DNA of 33,222 nucleotides from positions 1 through 33,222 of the IMG/VR virus record IMGVR_UViG_3300034420_000035. One strand, 5' to 3'. The notes under the pieces are model-generated. The model did no database searches, was not told the origin of the DNA, and saw nothing but the letters and a program-made list of their open reading frames with translations. The stretch is from a virus (Duplodnaviria; Caudoviricetes). Below are positions 7,380 through 15,396 of this stretch, piece after piece. How positions within the stretch are numbered: position 1 is the first letter of the stretch; every line of letters begins with the position of its first letter. The position numbers and the translations under genes were made by a program.

Positions 7380-8734
7380 GAGCCCAACGGCGCCAAGCCG
7401 ACCTAATTTCGTGCCCGGCCAATGAGATCGGGTACGGCGGGGCGCGTGGCGGTGGGAAGTCCTTCGGCGTCCTGCTGGATTGGCTGGCCCACGAGAAGCG
7501 GTATGGGAAGCACGCCAAGGGCATCCTGTTCCGGCGCTCCATGCCGGAGCTTGAGGACATGCTTTCCAAGGCGTCCGACCTGTTCCCGGCCATGGGGGGA
7601 CGGTTCTCCGTTCAGTCGAAGACTTGGGTTTTCCCCAGCGGCGCCCGGCTCAAGTTCCGCCACCTGGACCGGGACGCGGATGCAGACCTCTACCAGGGCC
7701 ACGAATACAACTGGATGTGTTTCGAGGAAGCCGGGAACTGGCCCAACCCTCGCCCCCTGGACAAGCTGCGGGCCTGCCTGCGGTCTGCCAACGGGGTCAA
7801 GCACCGCCTGATCCTGACCATGAACCCTGGCGGCGTAGGCCATAACTGGCTCAAGGCCCGGTTCGTTGACCCCTTCCCAGCCTTCACCATCCATGCGGAT
7901 GCCAACGGCTGGACACGGTGTTTCATCCCCGCCAAGGTCCAAGACAACCCCGAATTGCTCCAGGCCGATCCCGGCTACATCGGGCGCATCAAGGAAGCCG
8001 CTGGCTCCCCTGAGATGGTCAAGGCGTGGCTGGATGGTGACTGGGACATCGTGGCCGGCGGCATGTTCGATGATGTGTGGAGGCAGGCACACAAGATCCC
8101 GCCATTCGACATCCCCTCTTCCTGGCGGATTGATCGGTCCTTCGACTGGGGCAGTTCCAAGCCCTTCTCCGTGGGGTTCTGGGCTGAATCGGACGGGACC
8201 GAGGCCACCCTTGCCGATGGCACGAAGCGGGCTTGGCCCCGTGGGAGTCTGTTCCGCATTGGGGAAATCTACGGCTGGAACGGCAACCCTAACGAGGGGT
8301 GCAAGAAACTGGCGGTGGAAGTGGCGCGGGACATCGTGGCCTATCAGAAGGTGGTCCCCTGGGGCGGGCGGGTGAAGCCTGGGCCCGCTGACAACTCGAT
8401 CTATGACGCTGAGAACGGCGTCTGCATTGCGGATGACATGGCAAAACTGGGTATCCGCTGGGAGAAGTCAGACAAGAGCCCCGGAAGCCGTAAGACAGGC
8501 TGGGAGGCCATGCGCAGGCTGTTCAAGGCCGCCCACAAGACACCCATGGAGGACGCGGGCCTGTTCGTCTTCGATACCTGCCGCCAGTTCATCAGGACCA
8601 TCCCCACCCTGCCCCGCGATGAGAAGAAGACGGACGATGTGGACACCGATGCCGAGGACCACATTGCCGATGAAACCCGCTACCGGTGCCTTGCCCTCCG
8701 CAAGACAGCCGCCTTCCACGCCGTGAGCTTCTGA
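7355..8734 (+). CDS. terL: Terminase large subunit
   Basis: YGGARGGGKS Walker A, CFEEA Walker B, TMNPGG motif III, FDWG nuclease Asp, EDHIADETRY. Exact start uncertain. Confidence 0.95.
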   Translation: MAEAIREVRAQRRQADLISCPANEIGYGGARGGGKSFGVLLDWLAHEKRYGKHAKGILFRRSMPELEDMLSKASDLFPAMGGRFSVQSKTWVFPSGARLKFRHLDRDADADLYQGHEYNWMCFEEAGNWPNPRPLDKLRACLRSANGVKHRLILTMNPGGVGHNWLKARFVDPFPAFTIHADANGWTRCFIPAKVQDNPELLQADPGYIGRIKEAAGSPEMVKAWLDGDWDIVAGGMFDDVWRQAHKIPPFDIPSSWRIDRSFDWGSSKPFSVGFWAESDGTEATLADGTKRAWPRGSLFRIGEIYGWNGNPNEGCKKLAVEVARDIVAYQKVVPWGGRVKPGPADNSIYDAENGVCIADDMAKLGIRWEKSDKSPGSRKTGWEAMRRLFKAAHKTPMEDAGLFVFDTCRQFIRTIPTLPRDEKKTDDVDTDAEDHIADETRYRCLALRKTAAFHAVSF

Positions 8735-8744
8735 GGTGCCTCCG

Positions 8745-9041
8745 ATGAACTACGCCCACGCCCAAAAGCTCATCGAGGAACGCCTGATCCGATCCGGCGT
8801 GTCTCCCGAGGTGGCCGCCAGCGAGTCAGGGCGGCTCCTGGCGGGGTTCATCGGGCTTGGGTGGATCTCGCCCCGCATCCTGGACGCCTGGGAGAAGGGG
8901 GCGCACATCCACGACCTCCGGGGCAAGGGTCTGTCCTGCACGATCATTGGCGTCCGCATGAGCATCCGGCGTGAGCGTGTGGTGGAGGCTGTGAGGCGAC
9001 ACATCCAGAGCCGCCGCGCCTGGTTCAAGGAAACGGCATAA
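8745..9041 (+). CDS. Putative late transcription activator (Mor/C-like, C-terminal HTH)
   Basis: IHDLRGKGLSCTIIGVRMSIRRERVVEAVRR HTH at the C-terminus; last gene before the first sizeable intergenic gap preceding lysis/structural genes. Confidence 0.55.
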   Translation: MNYAHAQKLIEERLIRSGVSPEVAASESGRLLAGFIGLGWISPRILDAWEKGAHIHDLRGKGLSCTIIGVRMSIRRERVVEAVRRHIQSRRAWFKETA

Positions 9042-9042
9042 A

Positions 9043-9078
9043 GGACGCCTCGCACCGTCCGCCTGGGGCTTGACCCTG
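9043..9078 (+). promoter_or_regulatory. Late promoter motif, copy 1
   Basis: GGACG-N8-CGTCC-GCC-N8-GACCCTG, repeated with identical spacing at 13289-13324. Confidence 0.65.
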
Positions 9079-9161
9079 GGTTGCGGGCGGCACTCAACCC
9101 ACAACGGGGCGCATTCACTGGCCTACCCTTAACCCGAGCCGCCCGCACCATTCAGGTGCCC

Positions 9162-9539
9162 GTGACTCCCAGCCTCTTCTACAGCCAGTCCACAGGGATT
9201 CTGAGCCTTCCCGATGGCTCTCCCGTGGCGTTGGGCTGGGCGGGGCACGGCGCGGCGAAGAACAACCCGGCGAAGCAGAGGGAGCGTGCCCTTGGTCCTC
9301 TGCCTCAGGGCCTCTGGGTTGTGGGCGTGTGGCAGGACCACCCCCGGCTCGGGAAGATGGTCACGCCGCTGACGCAGATCGAAGGGGAAACTTTCGGGCG
9401 TGATGCCTTCTTCATCCATGGCCCCAGCCGCACGCGCTACGGTCAGGAAAGCCTCGGCTGCATCATCGTGCCGTTCTCCGGGCGGCAGAAGGTCAAGGCG
9501 GCGCTGCCTGAGGGCTCGTATCTGCGGGTGACGGCATGA
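9162..9539 (+). CDS. Tlde1/DUF2778-like (L,D-transpeptidase fold) protein, probable endolysin
   Basis: YSQSTG...GWAG...NNP...GPLPQG...GRDAFFIHG...SLGCII; first gene of the lysis cassette. Start 9156 or 9162. Confidence 0.78.
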   Translation: MTPSLFYSQSTGILSLPDGSPVALGWAGHGAAKNNPAKQRERALGPLPQGLWVVGVWQDHPRLGKMVTPLTQIEGETFGRDAFFIHGPSRTRYGQESLGCIIVPFSGRQKVKAALPEGSYLRVTA

Positions 9540-9739
9540 CCGCCCTCCGCGACTGGCGAGGCCAAGTCTCCTGGGGCCGTGTCTGTGCCCTCGTGGCCCT
9601 TGTGGTGGCCGTGGTGGGCGAGTTCAAAGGCGCGGACCTGGAGCACCTGAAGCTCTGGCTTGGCGTGGCTGTTGGGAATTACGGCGCGTCGAAGGTGGCT
9701 GAGATCGTGGCCGTGGTGAAGGGGGGCGGCAATGCCTAG
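9536..9739 (+). CDS. Putative holin
   Basis: 67 aa, two hydrophobic segments, G.VSWGR N-terminal motif; coupled to the endolysin candidate. Confidence 0.6.
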   Translation: MTALRDWRGQVSWGRVCALVALVVAVVGEFKGADLEHLKLWLGVAVGNYGASKVAEIVAVVKGGGNA

Positions 9740-9983
9740 GCCGCGTCTCAAGCCCTACACGGCAACTGGCATCAAGCGCATGAAGTGCTTCCGGTGCGGG
9801 GGCCAAGCCGCTCACCAGTGGAACATCTGCGCCGACAATTCTGTGACCGGCAAGGCGCGGTTCCGCCCCATGTGCCTGGAGTGCGACATCGCCCTGAACC
9901 AGTTGATCCTGGTTTGGGCGGGGTTCCCGAACGCCAAGGCCATGGGCAGGGCCTACGAGAAGAAAGCGAGGGCCGGGGAATGA
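9732..9983 (+). CDS. Hypothetical basic Zn-binding protein
   Basis: CFRCG and CLECD motifs; overlaps both neighbours. Confidence 0.72.
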   Translation: MPRPRLKPYTATGIKRMKCFRCGGQAAHQWNICADNSVTGKARFRPMCLECDIALNQLILVWAGFPNAKAMGRAYEKKARAGE

Positions 9984-10609
9984 GGCTCAGCTACGCCCTC
10001 CTGGGCCTAGCCGCCGTTGCGGCGATCTTGGCGGCGCTGTCCGGCGTGGGCGCGTGGCAGGAAGGCCGGGGCCATGCCGGGGAGATCCAGTCAGCGATTC
10101 ACCAGGGGGAGGCGCAGGCCCATGCCACGACAGCTCAGAGCGTCCCGAACCATGCCGCTGAAGTGCAGGCACTACGAGACCGTGCGGATGCGACCCAGGC
10201 GGGCTTGGATCGGGCACGGTCCGAAGTGGCGAGGCTTCGCAAACTCCTGGCGCCCAAGCCTGGCGTTCCCGTTCCTGATCCAGCTGGTGCCGGTGATCCC
10301 GACATTCCGCCTGTGGCCGCTGATCATCGAGATGAGGTTATCGCCGCTCAATCGGTGCTGATCCAGGCGCAGGATGTGCGAATCGGGGCGCTTGAGGCTC
10401 AGGTGACGGGGCTGGAGACGGCCTACAGCGATGAACAGGCGCGGTCTGAGCAATTCCGGCTGGCCTACGAATCGGAGCGCAAGGCTACGGCTGCGCAGGC
10501 GGTGGCAACGAAGGCATGGAAGGACGCGGTTGGGATCAGCCGCAACAGGGGGCGTGCCGAAGGCGCGATTGTTTGGGAACTCATTCGACGTGTTGCGGGG
10601 GCCTTGTGA
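9980..10609 (+). CDS. Spanin-like membrane-anchored coiled-coil protein
   Basis: N-terminal TM (YALLGLAAVAAILAALSGVGAW), two coiled-coil stretches split by a Pro-rich linker; lysis context; start ATG 9980. Confidence 0.55.
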   Translation: MRLSYALLGLAAVAAILAALSGVGAWQEGRGHAGEIQSAIHQGEAQAHATTAQSVPNHAAEVQALRDRADATQAGLDRARSEVARLRKLLAPKPGVPVPDPAGAGDPDIPPVAADHRDEVIAAQSVLIQAQDVRIGALEAQVTGLETAYSDEQARSEQFRLAYESERKATAAQAVATKAWKDAVGISRNRGRAEGAIVWELIRRVAGAL

Positions 10610-10836
10610 CTGCCGATGACCTGACCTGGACCAAGGCCAAGAACGCCCTGCTCATCGGGGCCGCTGGCCTCGTGGTCATGGCGGCCCTTTCGATCATGGC
10701 GGACGTGAGCAGCACCCGGAAAGACGTGGCGGAGATCAAGGTCAACCTCGCCAGCTATCAGGCCAAGTCCGATGCCGAGTCCAAGGCCATGAATGACCGC
10801 GTCTCCCGGCTAGAGCGCGTGCTGGAGAAGCGATGA
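10606..10836 (+). CDS. Small membrane protein with coiled-coil tail
   Basis: One TM (ALLIGAAGLVVMAALSIM) then ...DRVSRLE; GTGA/ATGA coupled. Confidence 0.65.
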   Translation: MTADDLTWTKAKNALLIGAAGLVVMAALSIMADVSSTRKDVAEIKVNLASYQAKSDAESKAMNDRVSRLERVLEKR

Positions 10837-12236
10837 GCACCCCCCAGATCGACACCGTAGGCCCCGTGGTGGAGGCGATGCAGGCCCGGTCCGCCGTGTG
10901 CCGTGCCCTCTGCGGCGGCATCCTGGAAATGCGGCGCAAGGCGAAAACCTACCTGCCCCAGCGCCCGCGTGAGGCGGACAAGGATTGGGAGGCGAGGCGG
11001 GATGAGGCTGAGTTTTTCCCCGCCTTCGGGACCGCCCTGGACGCCTACGTGGGCAAGCCGCTGGGCTCTCCCATCGTGCCCGATGGCGCCCCGGCTGCGC
11101 TGGAGGCCCTGCTGGACAACGTGGACAACGCGGGGCGTGACCTTGACAGCTTCGCCCGTCAGGAACTCCGTGAGGCCCTGCGGGATGGCATCGCGTTCGT
11201 GGTGGCTGATTACCATGTGGTGCCCCCTGGCCTGACCCTGGCCCAGGAAAGGGCCTTGGGTGCCCGGCCCTACCTCGTGCGCGTGCCTCTGGAGAACGTG
11301 GTGGACTTCCGGGGCGAAACCCTGCCCGATGGCCGTCACCGCTGCACTCACTTCAGGTACCGAGAGGTTGCACAGGTCCAGGCGGGCCGCTGGGGCGTGG
11401 CCCATGCCGAGCGAATCCGCGTGCTGGAGCCGGGCCTTGTGGAGGTGTGGGAGAAGCAGGCCACCAGTGCGGGCGATGAATGGGTCATGCTGCCCGAACT
11501 CTCCGGCCCCGTGGCGATGACCGAGGTCATGGTGTCCGCGTTCGTCCCGGACCCGGAGGAATGGTGGCAGGGTGAGCCGCCCCTGGAGGCCCTGGCGTGG
11601 CTGAATGTGACGCACTGGCAGTCCTCCAGCTACCAGCGGTCCATCCTGAATGTCGCCCGTGTGCCTCTGCTGGCGGCGGATGAGGACAAGCGGGAGGACA
11701 CGACCCAACCCATTGAGGTCGGGACGAAGGGGCTCATTGTCGGCTTCCCTGGCCTCGGCTACGTGGAGCACACTGGCGCGGCCATCGGAGCCGGGAAAGA
11801 GGACATCGAAGCCCTTGAAGACAAGATGCGCCGCGTGGCCGGCCAAGTGCTGGACGCCAAGGTGAAAACCAAGGGGGAAGCCGAGATCGACAGCCGGGAC
11901 GCCTCCAGCAAGCTCCGGGCGTGGGTTCTGACCTTCCAGGATCACCTCAATGAAGTGCTCTACATGATGGCCCGGTGGCTCAAGGAACCCAGCGGCGGCA
12001 CCGTGAGCCTTGACCTGGACTGGGATGAGTCCGAAGTGGGCGCCGACCTGCTCACGGCGTGGTCCACCATGCGGGAAAAGGGCCAGATCAGCCAGGGAAC
12101 CCACCTCAAGCTGCTGCACAAGGCGGAGATCGTGGAGGATCCCGATGCCGAGGCTGTGGCCCTGGAGTCTGAAGGCCCGCAGATGATGAGCCTGCCTACC
12201 TTCACGCCCCCGCAGAAGATGGCCCCCCCGGCGTAA
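10833..12236 (+). CDS. Portal protein (DUF4055-like)
   Basis: YLPQRPRE...R...A.FFP, DNVDNAG, RPYL, PPLEALAWLNVTHWQSSS motifs; position before the minor head gene. Confidence 0.9.
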   Translation: MSTPQIDTVGPVVEAMQARSAVCRALCGGILEMRRKAKTYLPQRPREADKDWEARRDEAEFFPAFGTALDAYVGKPLGSPIVPDGAPAALEALLDNVDNAGRDLDSFARQELREALRDGIAFVVADYHVVPPGLTLAQERALGARPYLVRVPLENVVDFRGETLPDGRHRCTHFRYREVAQVQAGRWGVAHAERIRVLEPGLVEVWEKQATSAGDEWVMLPELSGPVAMTEVMVSAFVPDPEEWWQGEPPLEALAWLNVTHWQSSSYQRSILNVARVPLLAADEDKREDTTQPIEVGTKGLIVGFPGLGYVEHTGAAIGAGKEDIEALEDKMRRVAGQVLDAKVKTKGEAEIDSRDASSKLRAWVLTFQDHLNEVLYMMARWLKEPSGGTVSLDLDWDESEVGADLLTAWSTMREKGQISQGTHLKLLHKAEIVEDPDAEAVALESEGPQMMSLPTFTPPQKMAPPA

Positions 12237-12239
12237 TCC

Positions 12240-13289
12240 ATGGCTGGCATCCCTGACCGAATCCACAACGCCCTGATCCGGGAGTCCATCAACCTCGCAC
12301 GCTACGAGGCGGGGCTACGGGCTCGGGTGCTGCGCCTGCTGGAGACCCTGGGGCGGGATCTGGTCAAGGAACTCGCAGCGGCTGGCCTGGACACCCCCCG
12401 CACGGACTGGCAACGGGCACGGCTGCGGGAACTGCTCAAGACGGCGGAACAGCGGGCCTCGGAAGTCTATGGCGAGGTGGACGCCCTGACCCGGAAGGAA
12501 CTGGGCGGGCTGGTCGAAGTGAGCGCGGATCGCGTGGTCATGGGCGTGAATAAGGCCATCGGGGCGGATCTGCTCCAGAATCTGAACTGGACGGAGGAAC
12601 AGCTTGCCGCCCTGGCGGATGAGAACCTGATCTTCGGGGCATCGTCGGGCACCTGGTGGAAGCGCCAGGCGGTGGACTATGCGCAGGGCTTCGCAGATCA
12701 GATGCGCATGGGCCAGCTTCGAGGCGAGGCGCTGGGCGATCTCGTGAAGCGGGTCCGGGGTCTCCAGGACATCAGCCGGCGCAACGCGGAAGCCCTGGTG
12801 AGGTCCAGCGTGATCTCCACGGCGAATGAGGCGCATCTGGCGGCGTATCGGGCCAATGCGGATGTGGTGGATGGGATTGAGTGGGTTTCAACAATTGATC
12901 ACAGGGCCTGCTTGAAATGTTCTGCGTTGGATTCTATGGCGTGGGACCTGGACGGGAAGCCGATCCAGGGGAACACGCTGCCCTTCCCTGGCCCAGTAGC
13001 TCATTGGAGCTGTCGGTGCACACAGGTAGCGAAGACCAAGACATGGGAAGAGTTGACCGGCGTCAAGGGCCTCGATGACATCCCACCGGGCCAGCGGGCC
13101 AGCATGGGCGGCCCCGTGAGCGGGGACACCACCTATCAGGGCTGGTTTGACGGGCTCGATGCCGACGAACAGCGGGACATCCTGGGGCCTGGGAGATATG
13201 AGGCGGTGAAGAAGCGCGGGCTTCTGCTCACGGATCTTGTGGACCAGCGGGGGAATGAGTTGACGCTGGCGGAGCTTGCCCGCAAATAG
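12240..13289 (+). CDS. Minor head protein (SPP1 gp7/MuF-like)
   Basis: WVSTIDHRACLKCSALD...PVAHWSCRC motif and TYQGWF...QRDILGPGR tail. Confidence 0.9.
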   Translation: MAGIPDRIHNALIRESINLARYEAGLRARVLRLLETLGRDLVKELAAAGLDTPRTDWQRARLRELLKTAEQRASEVYGEVDALTRKELGGLVEVSADRVVMGVNKAIGADLLQNLNWTEEQLAALADENLIFGASSGTWWKRQAVDYAQGFADQMRMGQLRGEALGDLVKRVRGLQDISRRNAEALVRSSVISTANEAHLAAYRANADVVDGIEWVSTIDHRACLKCSALDSMAWDLDGKPIQGNTLPFPGPVAHWSCRCTQVAKTKTWEELTGVKGLDDIPPGQRASMGGPVSGDTTYQGWFDGLDADEQRDILGPGRYEAVKKRGLLLTDLVDQRGNELTLAELARK

Positions 13290-13324
13290 GACGCCGCGAA
13301 CCGTCCGCCCGAACCCCGACCCTG
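13289..13324 (+). promoter_or_regulatory. Late promoter motif, copy 2
   Basis: GGACG-CCGCGAAC-CGTCC-GCC-N8-GACCCTG upstream of scaffold/capsid. Confidence 0.65.
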
Positions 13325-13325
13325 A

Positions 13326-13377
13326 CTCCAGGACCGGCTGCGATAGCCGTCCTCCGCGTGATGCGGAACCCCTGGAG
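13326..13377 (+). promoter_or_regulatory. Structured 5' leader of the scaffold gene
   Basis: CTCCAGG(13326-13332)/CCTGGAG(13371-13377) encloses two hairpins with GCGAT and GTGAT loops and covers the GGAG SD. Confidence 0.6.
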
Positions 13378-13383
13378 AGTCTT

Positions 13384-14025
13384 GTGGCCGAACCCGAAGT
13401 CAACCCGAACCCCAACCCGAACCCCGAAGGCGGGACGCCTCCGGCTGAAGATGCTTCCGGCCTGAAGAAGGCATTGGAGGCGGAGCGGATCGCTCGGAGG
13501 GAAGCGGAGCGGGCGCTGAAAGCCCGTGAACGGGCGGATGACGAAGCCAAGGTCGCGAAGGAACTCAAGGATCTCGAAGGCCAGAAACAGTACGAGAAGG
13601 CCTTAGAGATGGTCAACGCGAGGCTCACCGAGGCGGAGCGTGCCAGGGAAGAAGCCATCAACGAAAAGAACAACACTCTTATCGAGCGTGAACTTGCCTC
13701 CGCGCTCCATGACCTTGACGGAGACCCGCTGCTGTTGGATCTGCCGCAGGTCAGGGGCCAGTTTGAGGTGGTCAAGACGCCCGATGGAAAAACCGCTGTC
13801 GTGTCCAAAGACGGCAGTAAGGCCCCAAGCCAATTCCTGGAGGCGATGAAGGCCACCCCCAAATACGGGCGGTTCTTCAACGGCTCCGGCGTGAGCGGCG
13901 GCGGGGCGCAGCAGCCGGGGAAGGCTCCGGCTGGTGGAAAGACCCTCACCCGAACCGCGTTTGCCGCGCTCGACCCTGCGGGCCAGATGGCCCATGTCAA
14001 GGCGGGCGGGGCTGTCACCGACTAA
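13384..14025 (+). CDS. Capsid scaffolding protein
   Basis: SGLKKALEAER coiled coil, F..SGVSGGGA near the C-terminus; precedes the capsid gene; GGAG SD before GTG 13384. Confidence 0.85.
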   Translation: MAEPEVNPNPNPNPEGGTPPAEDASGLKKALEAERIARREAERALKARERADDEAKVAKELKDLEGQKQYEKALEMVNARLTEAERAREEAINEKNNTLIERELASALHDLDGDPLLLDLPQVRGQFEVVKTPDGKTAVVSKDGSKAPSQFLEAMKATPKYGRFFNGSGVSGGGAQQPGKAPAGGKTLTRTAFAALDPAGQMAHVKAGGAVTD

Positions 14026-14037
14026 GGAGCCGCCACC

Positions 14038-15174
14038 ATGGCGAACACCCTCACCAACCTCATCCCGACGATCTACACCGCCGCTGACACCGTGGCGCGT
14101 GAGCTGACCGGGTTCATCCCTGCGGTCTACCGCAACTCCAGCGCCGCCCGTGCCGCGCTCAACGAAACGATCCTCTACCCCGTCACCGGGGCGATGACCG
14201 CTGGCGATGTCGCCGCCGCTGCCACTGGCCCGGATCCTGCGGACCAGAGCGTGGGCAACGGCACGATGTCTATCTCCAAGTCCCGCTCCGTCGTCTTCCA
14301 CTGGACCGGGGAAGAGCAGATCGGCCTGAAGAATGCCGGGTTCTACGCTCAGATCCTCCAGGATCAGTTCTCCCAGGCCATGCGGACCCTCTGCAACGAA
14401 GTGGAGAGCGACCTGGGCGACCTCTACAAGATGTCCAGCCGCGCCTACGGCACCGCTGGCACCACGCCCTTCGCCACGGCCAACGACTACACGGATGCCT
14501 CCGAGGTGTTGCGCATCCTCAAGGACAATGGCTGCCCGATGATGGATTGTCAGTTGATCATCAACACGGCGGCCGGTGCGAAACTCCGTGGCAAGCAGGC
14601 CGCTGCTCTTGACGCCGGGAGTGACAGCATCCTCCGGCAGGGCATTCTCCTGGACATCCACGGCTTCAGCATCCGTGAATCCGCCTACGTCAAGGCGCAC
14701 ACCAAGGGCACGGGCGCATCCTATGTAACCAACGGTGCCACCGCCGCTGGCGTGACGGACATCGCCTTGATCACCGGCTCCGGCACCGTCCTGGCCGGTG
14801 ATGTGGCCGCCTTCGCCGCCGACACCGCAAACAAATACATCGTCGGGACTGGCATCGCCGCCCCCGGCACCATCAGCCTCAACAAGCCCGGCGCCCGGAT
14901 GGTCATCCCCACCGGCAACGCCCTGACCATCGGCGCGAGCTACGCTGCGAACCTGGCCTTCCACCGCAGCGCGATCCACCTGATCACCCGCGCTCCCGCG
15001 ATGCCCGAAGGCGGGGATGCTGCGGACGATGTGATCGAAGTGACCGACCCCCGCAGCGGCCTGGCCTTCCAGGTTGCCATGTATCGCCAGCGGCGCCGTG
15101 TGGCCTTTGAAGTTGGCCTCGCTTGGGGCGTGAAGGCCGTGAAGAGCGAGTTCATGGCGACCTTGCTCGGCTAG
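14038..15174 (+). CDS. Major capsid protein (P22 coat-like)
   Basis: MANTLTNLIP...VARELTGFIP, NLAFHRSAIHLITRAP, DPRSGLAF, AWGVK; TAAGGAG SD; followed by a hairpin. Confidence 0.9.
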   Translation: MANTLTNLIPTIYTAADTVARELTGFIPAVYRNSSAARAALNETILYPVTGAMTAGDVAAAATGPDPADQSVGNGTMSISKSRSVVFHWTGEEQIGLKNAGFYAQILQDQFSQAMRTLCNEVESDLGDLYKMSSRAYGTAGTTPFATANDYTDASEVLRILKDNGCPMMDCQLIINTAAGAKLRGKQAAALDAGSDSILRQGILLDIHGFSIRESAYVKAHTKGTGASYVTNGATAAGVTDIALITGSGTVLAGDVAAFAADTANKYIVGTGIAAPGTISLNKPGARMVIPTGNALTIGASYAANLAFHRSAIHLITRAPAMPEGGDAADDVIEVTDPRSGLAFQVAMYRQRRRVAFEVGLAWGVKAVKSEFMATLLG

Positions 15175-15183
15175 TCAACCACA

Positions 15184-15218
15184 GCCGGGGGGCTCTGACG
15201 GGCTCCCCGGCCCCTTTC
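15184..15218 (+). terminator. Hairpin/weak terminator after capsid gene
   Basis: 12-bp stem GCCGGGGGGCTC/GGGCTCCCCGGC (two G-U), loop TGAC, poor U tract CCCTTTCT. Confidence 0.6.
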
Positions 15219-15228
15219 TGGAGCCACC

Positions 15229-15393
15229 ATGGCCCGTCCCCGCAAGTCCGCGCCCCCCGAGGGCCTGGAACCCGAAGCCGCCCCGTCCGCGCCCCCCGAG
15301 GGCCTGGTGCGGGTCTGCAAGGGCGGGGAGTGCCTCGATGTCCATCCCACCTGTCTTGAGTCCCACCTCAAGGCGGGCTGGAAGGCGGAGTAG
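15229..15393 (+). CDS. 54-aa head-associated hypothetical protein, not in the ORF track
   Basis: GGAG SD; MARPRKSAPPEGLEPEAAPSAPPEGLVRVCKGGECLDVHPTCLESHLKAGWKAE; VHP...H...GW ending. Confidence 0.75.
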   Translation: MARPRKSAPPEGLEPEAAPSAPPEGLVRVCKGGECLDVHPTCLESHLKAGWKAE

Positions 15394-15396
15394 CCC

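Noticed and set aside
10017-10361. Embedded o-spanin candidate
   Set aside because: No hydrophobic signal peptide or lipobox before its Cys.
10758-12266. Long minus-strand ORFs (502 aa here; also 13603-14979, 16738-18090, 19500-20834, 23212-24411)
   Set aside because: Antisense shadows of well-supported structural genes, expected with high GC3; no motifs or SD.
13389-13428. AACCCC/AACCCG hexamer repeats at scaffold start
   Set aside because: Explained by a low-complexity Pro-Asn linker common in scaffold N-termini.
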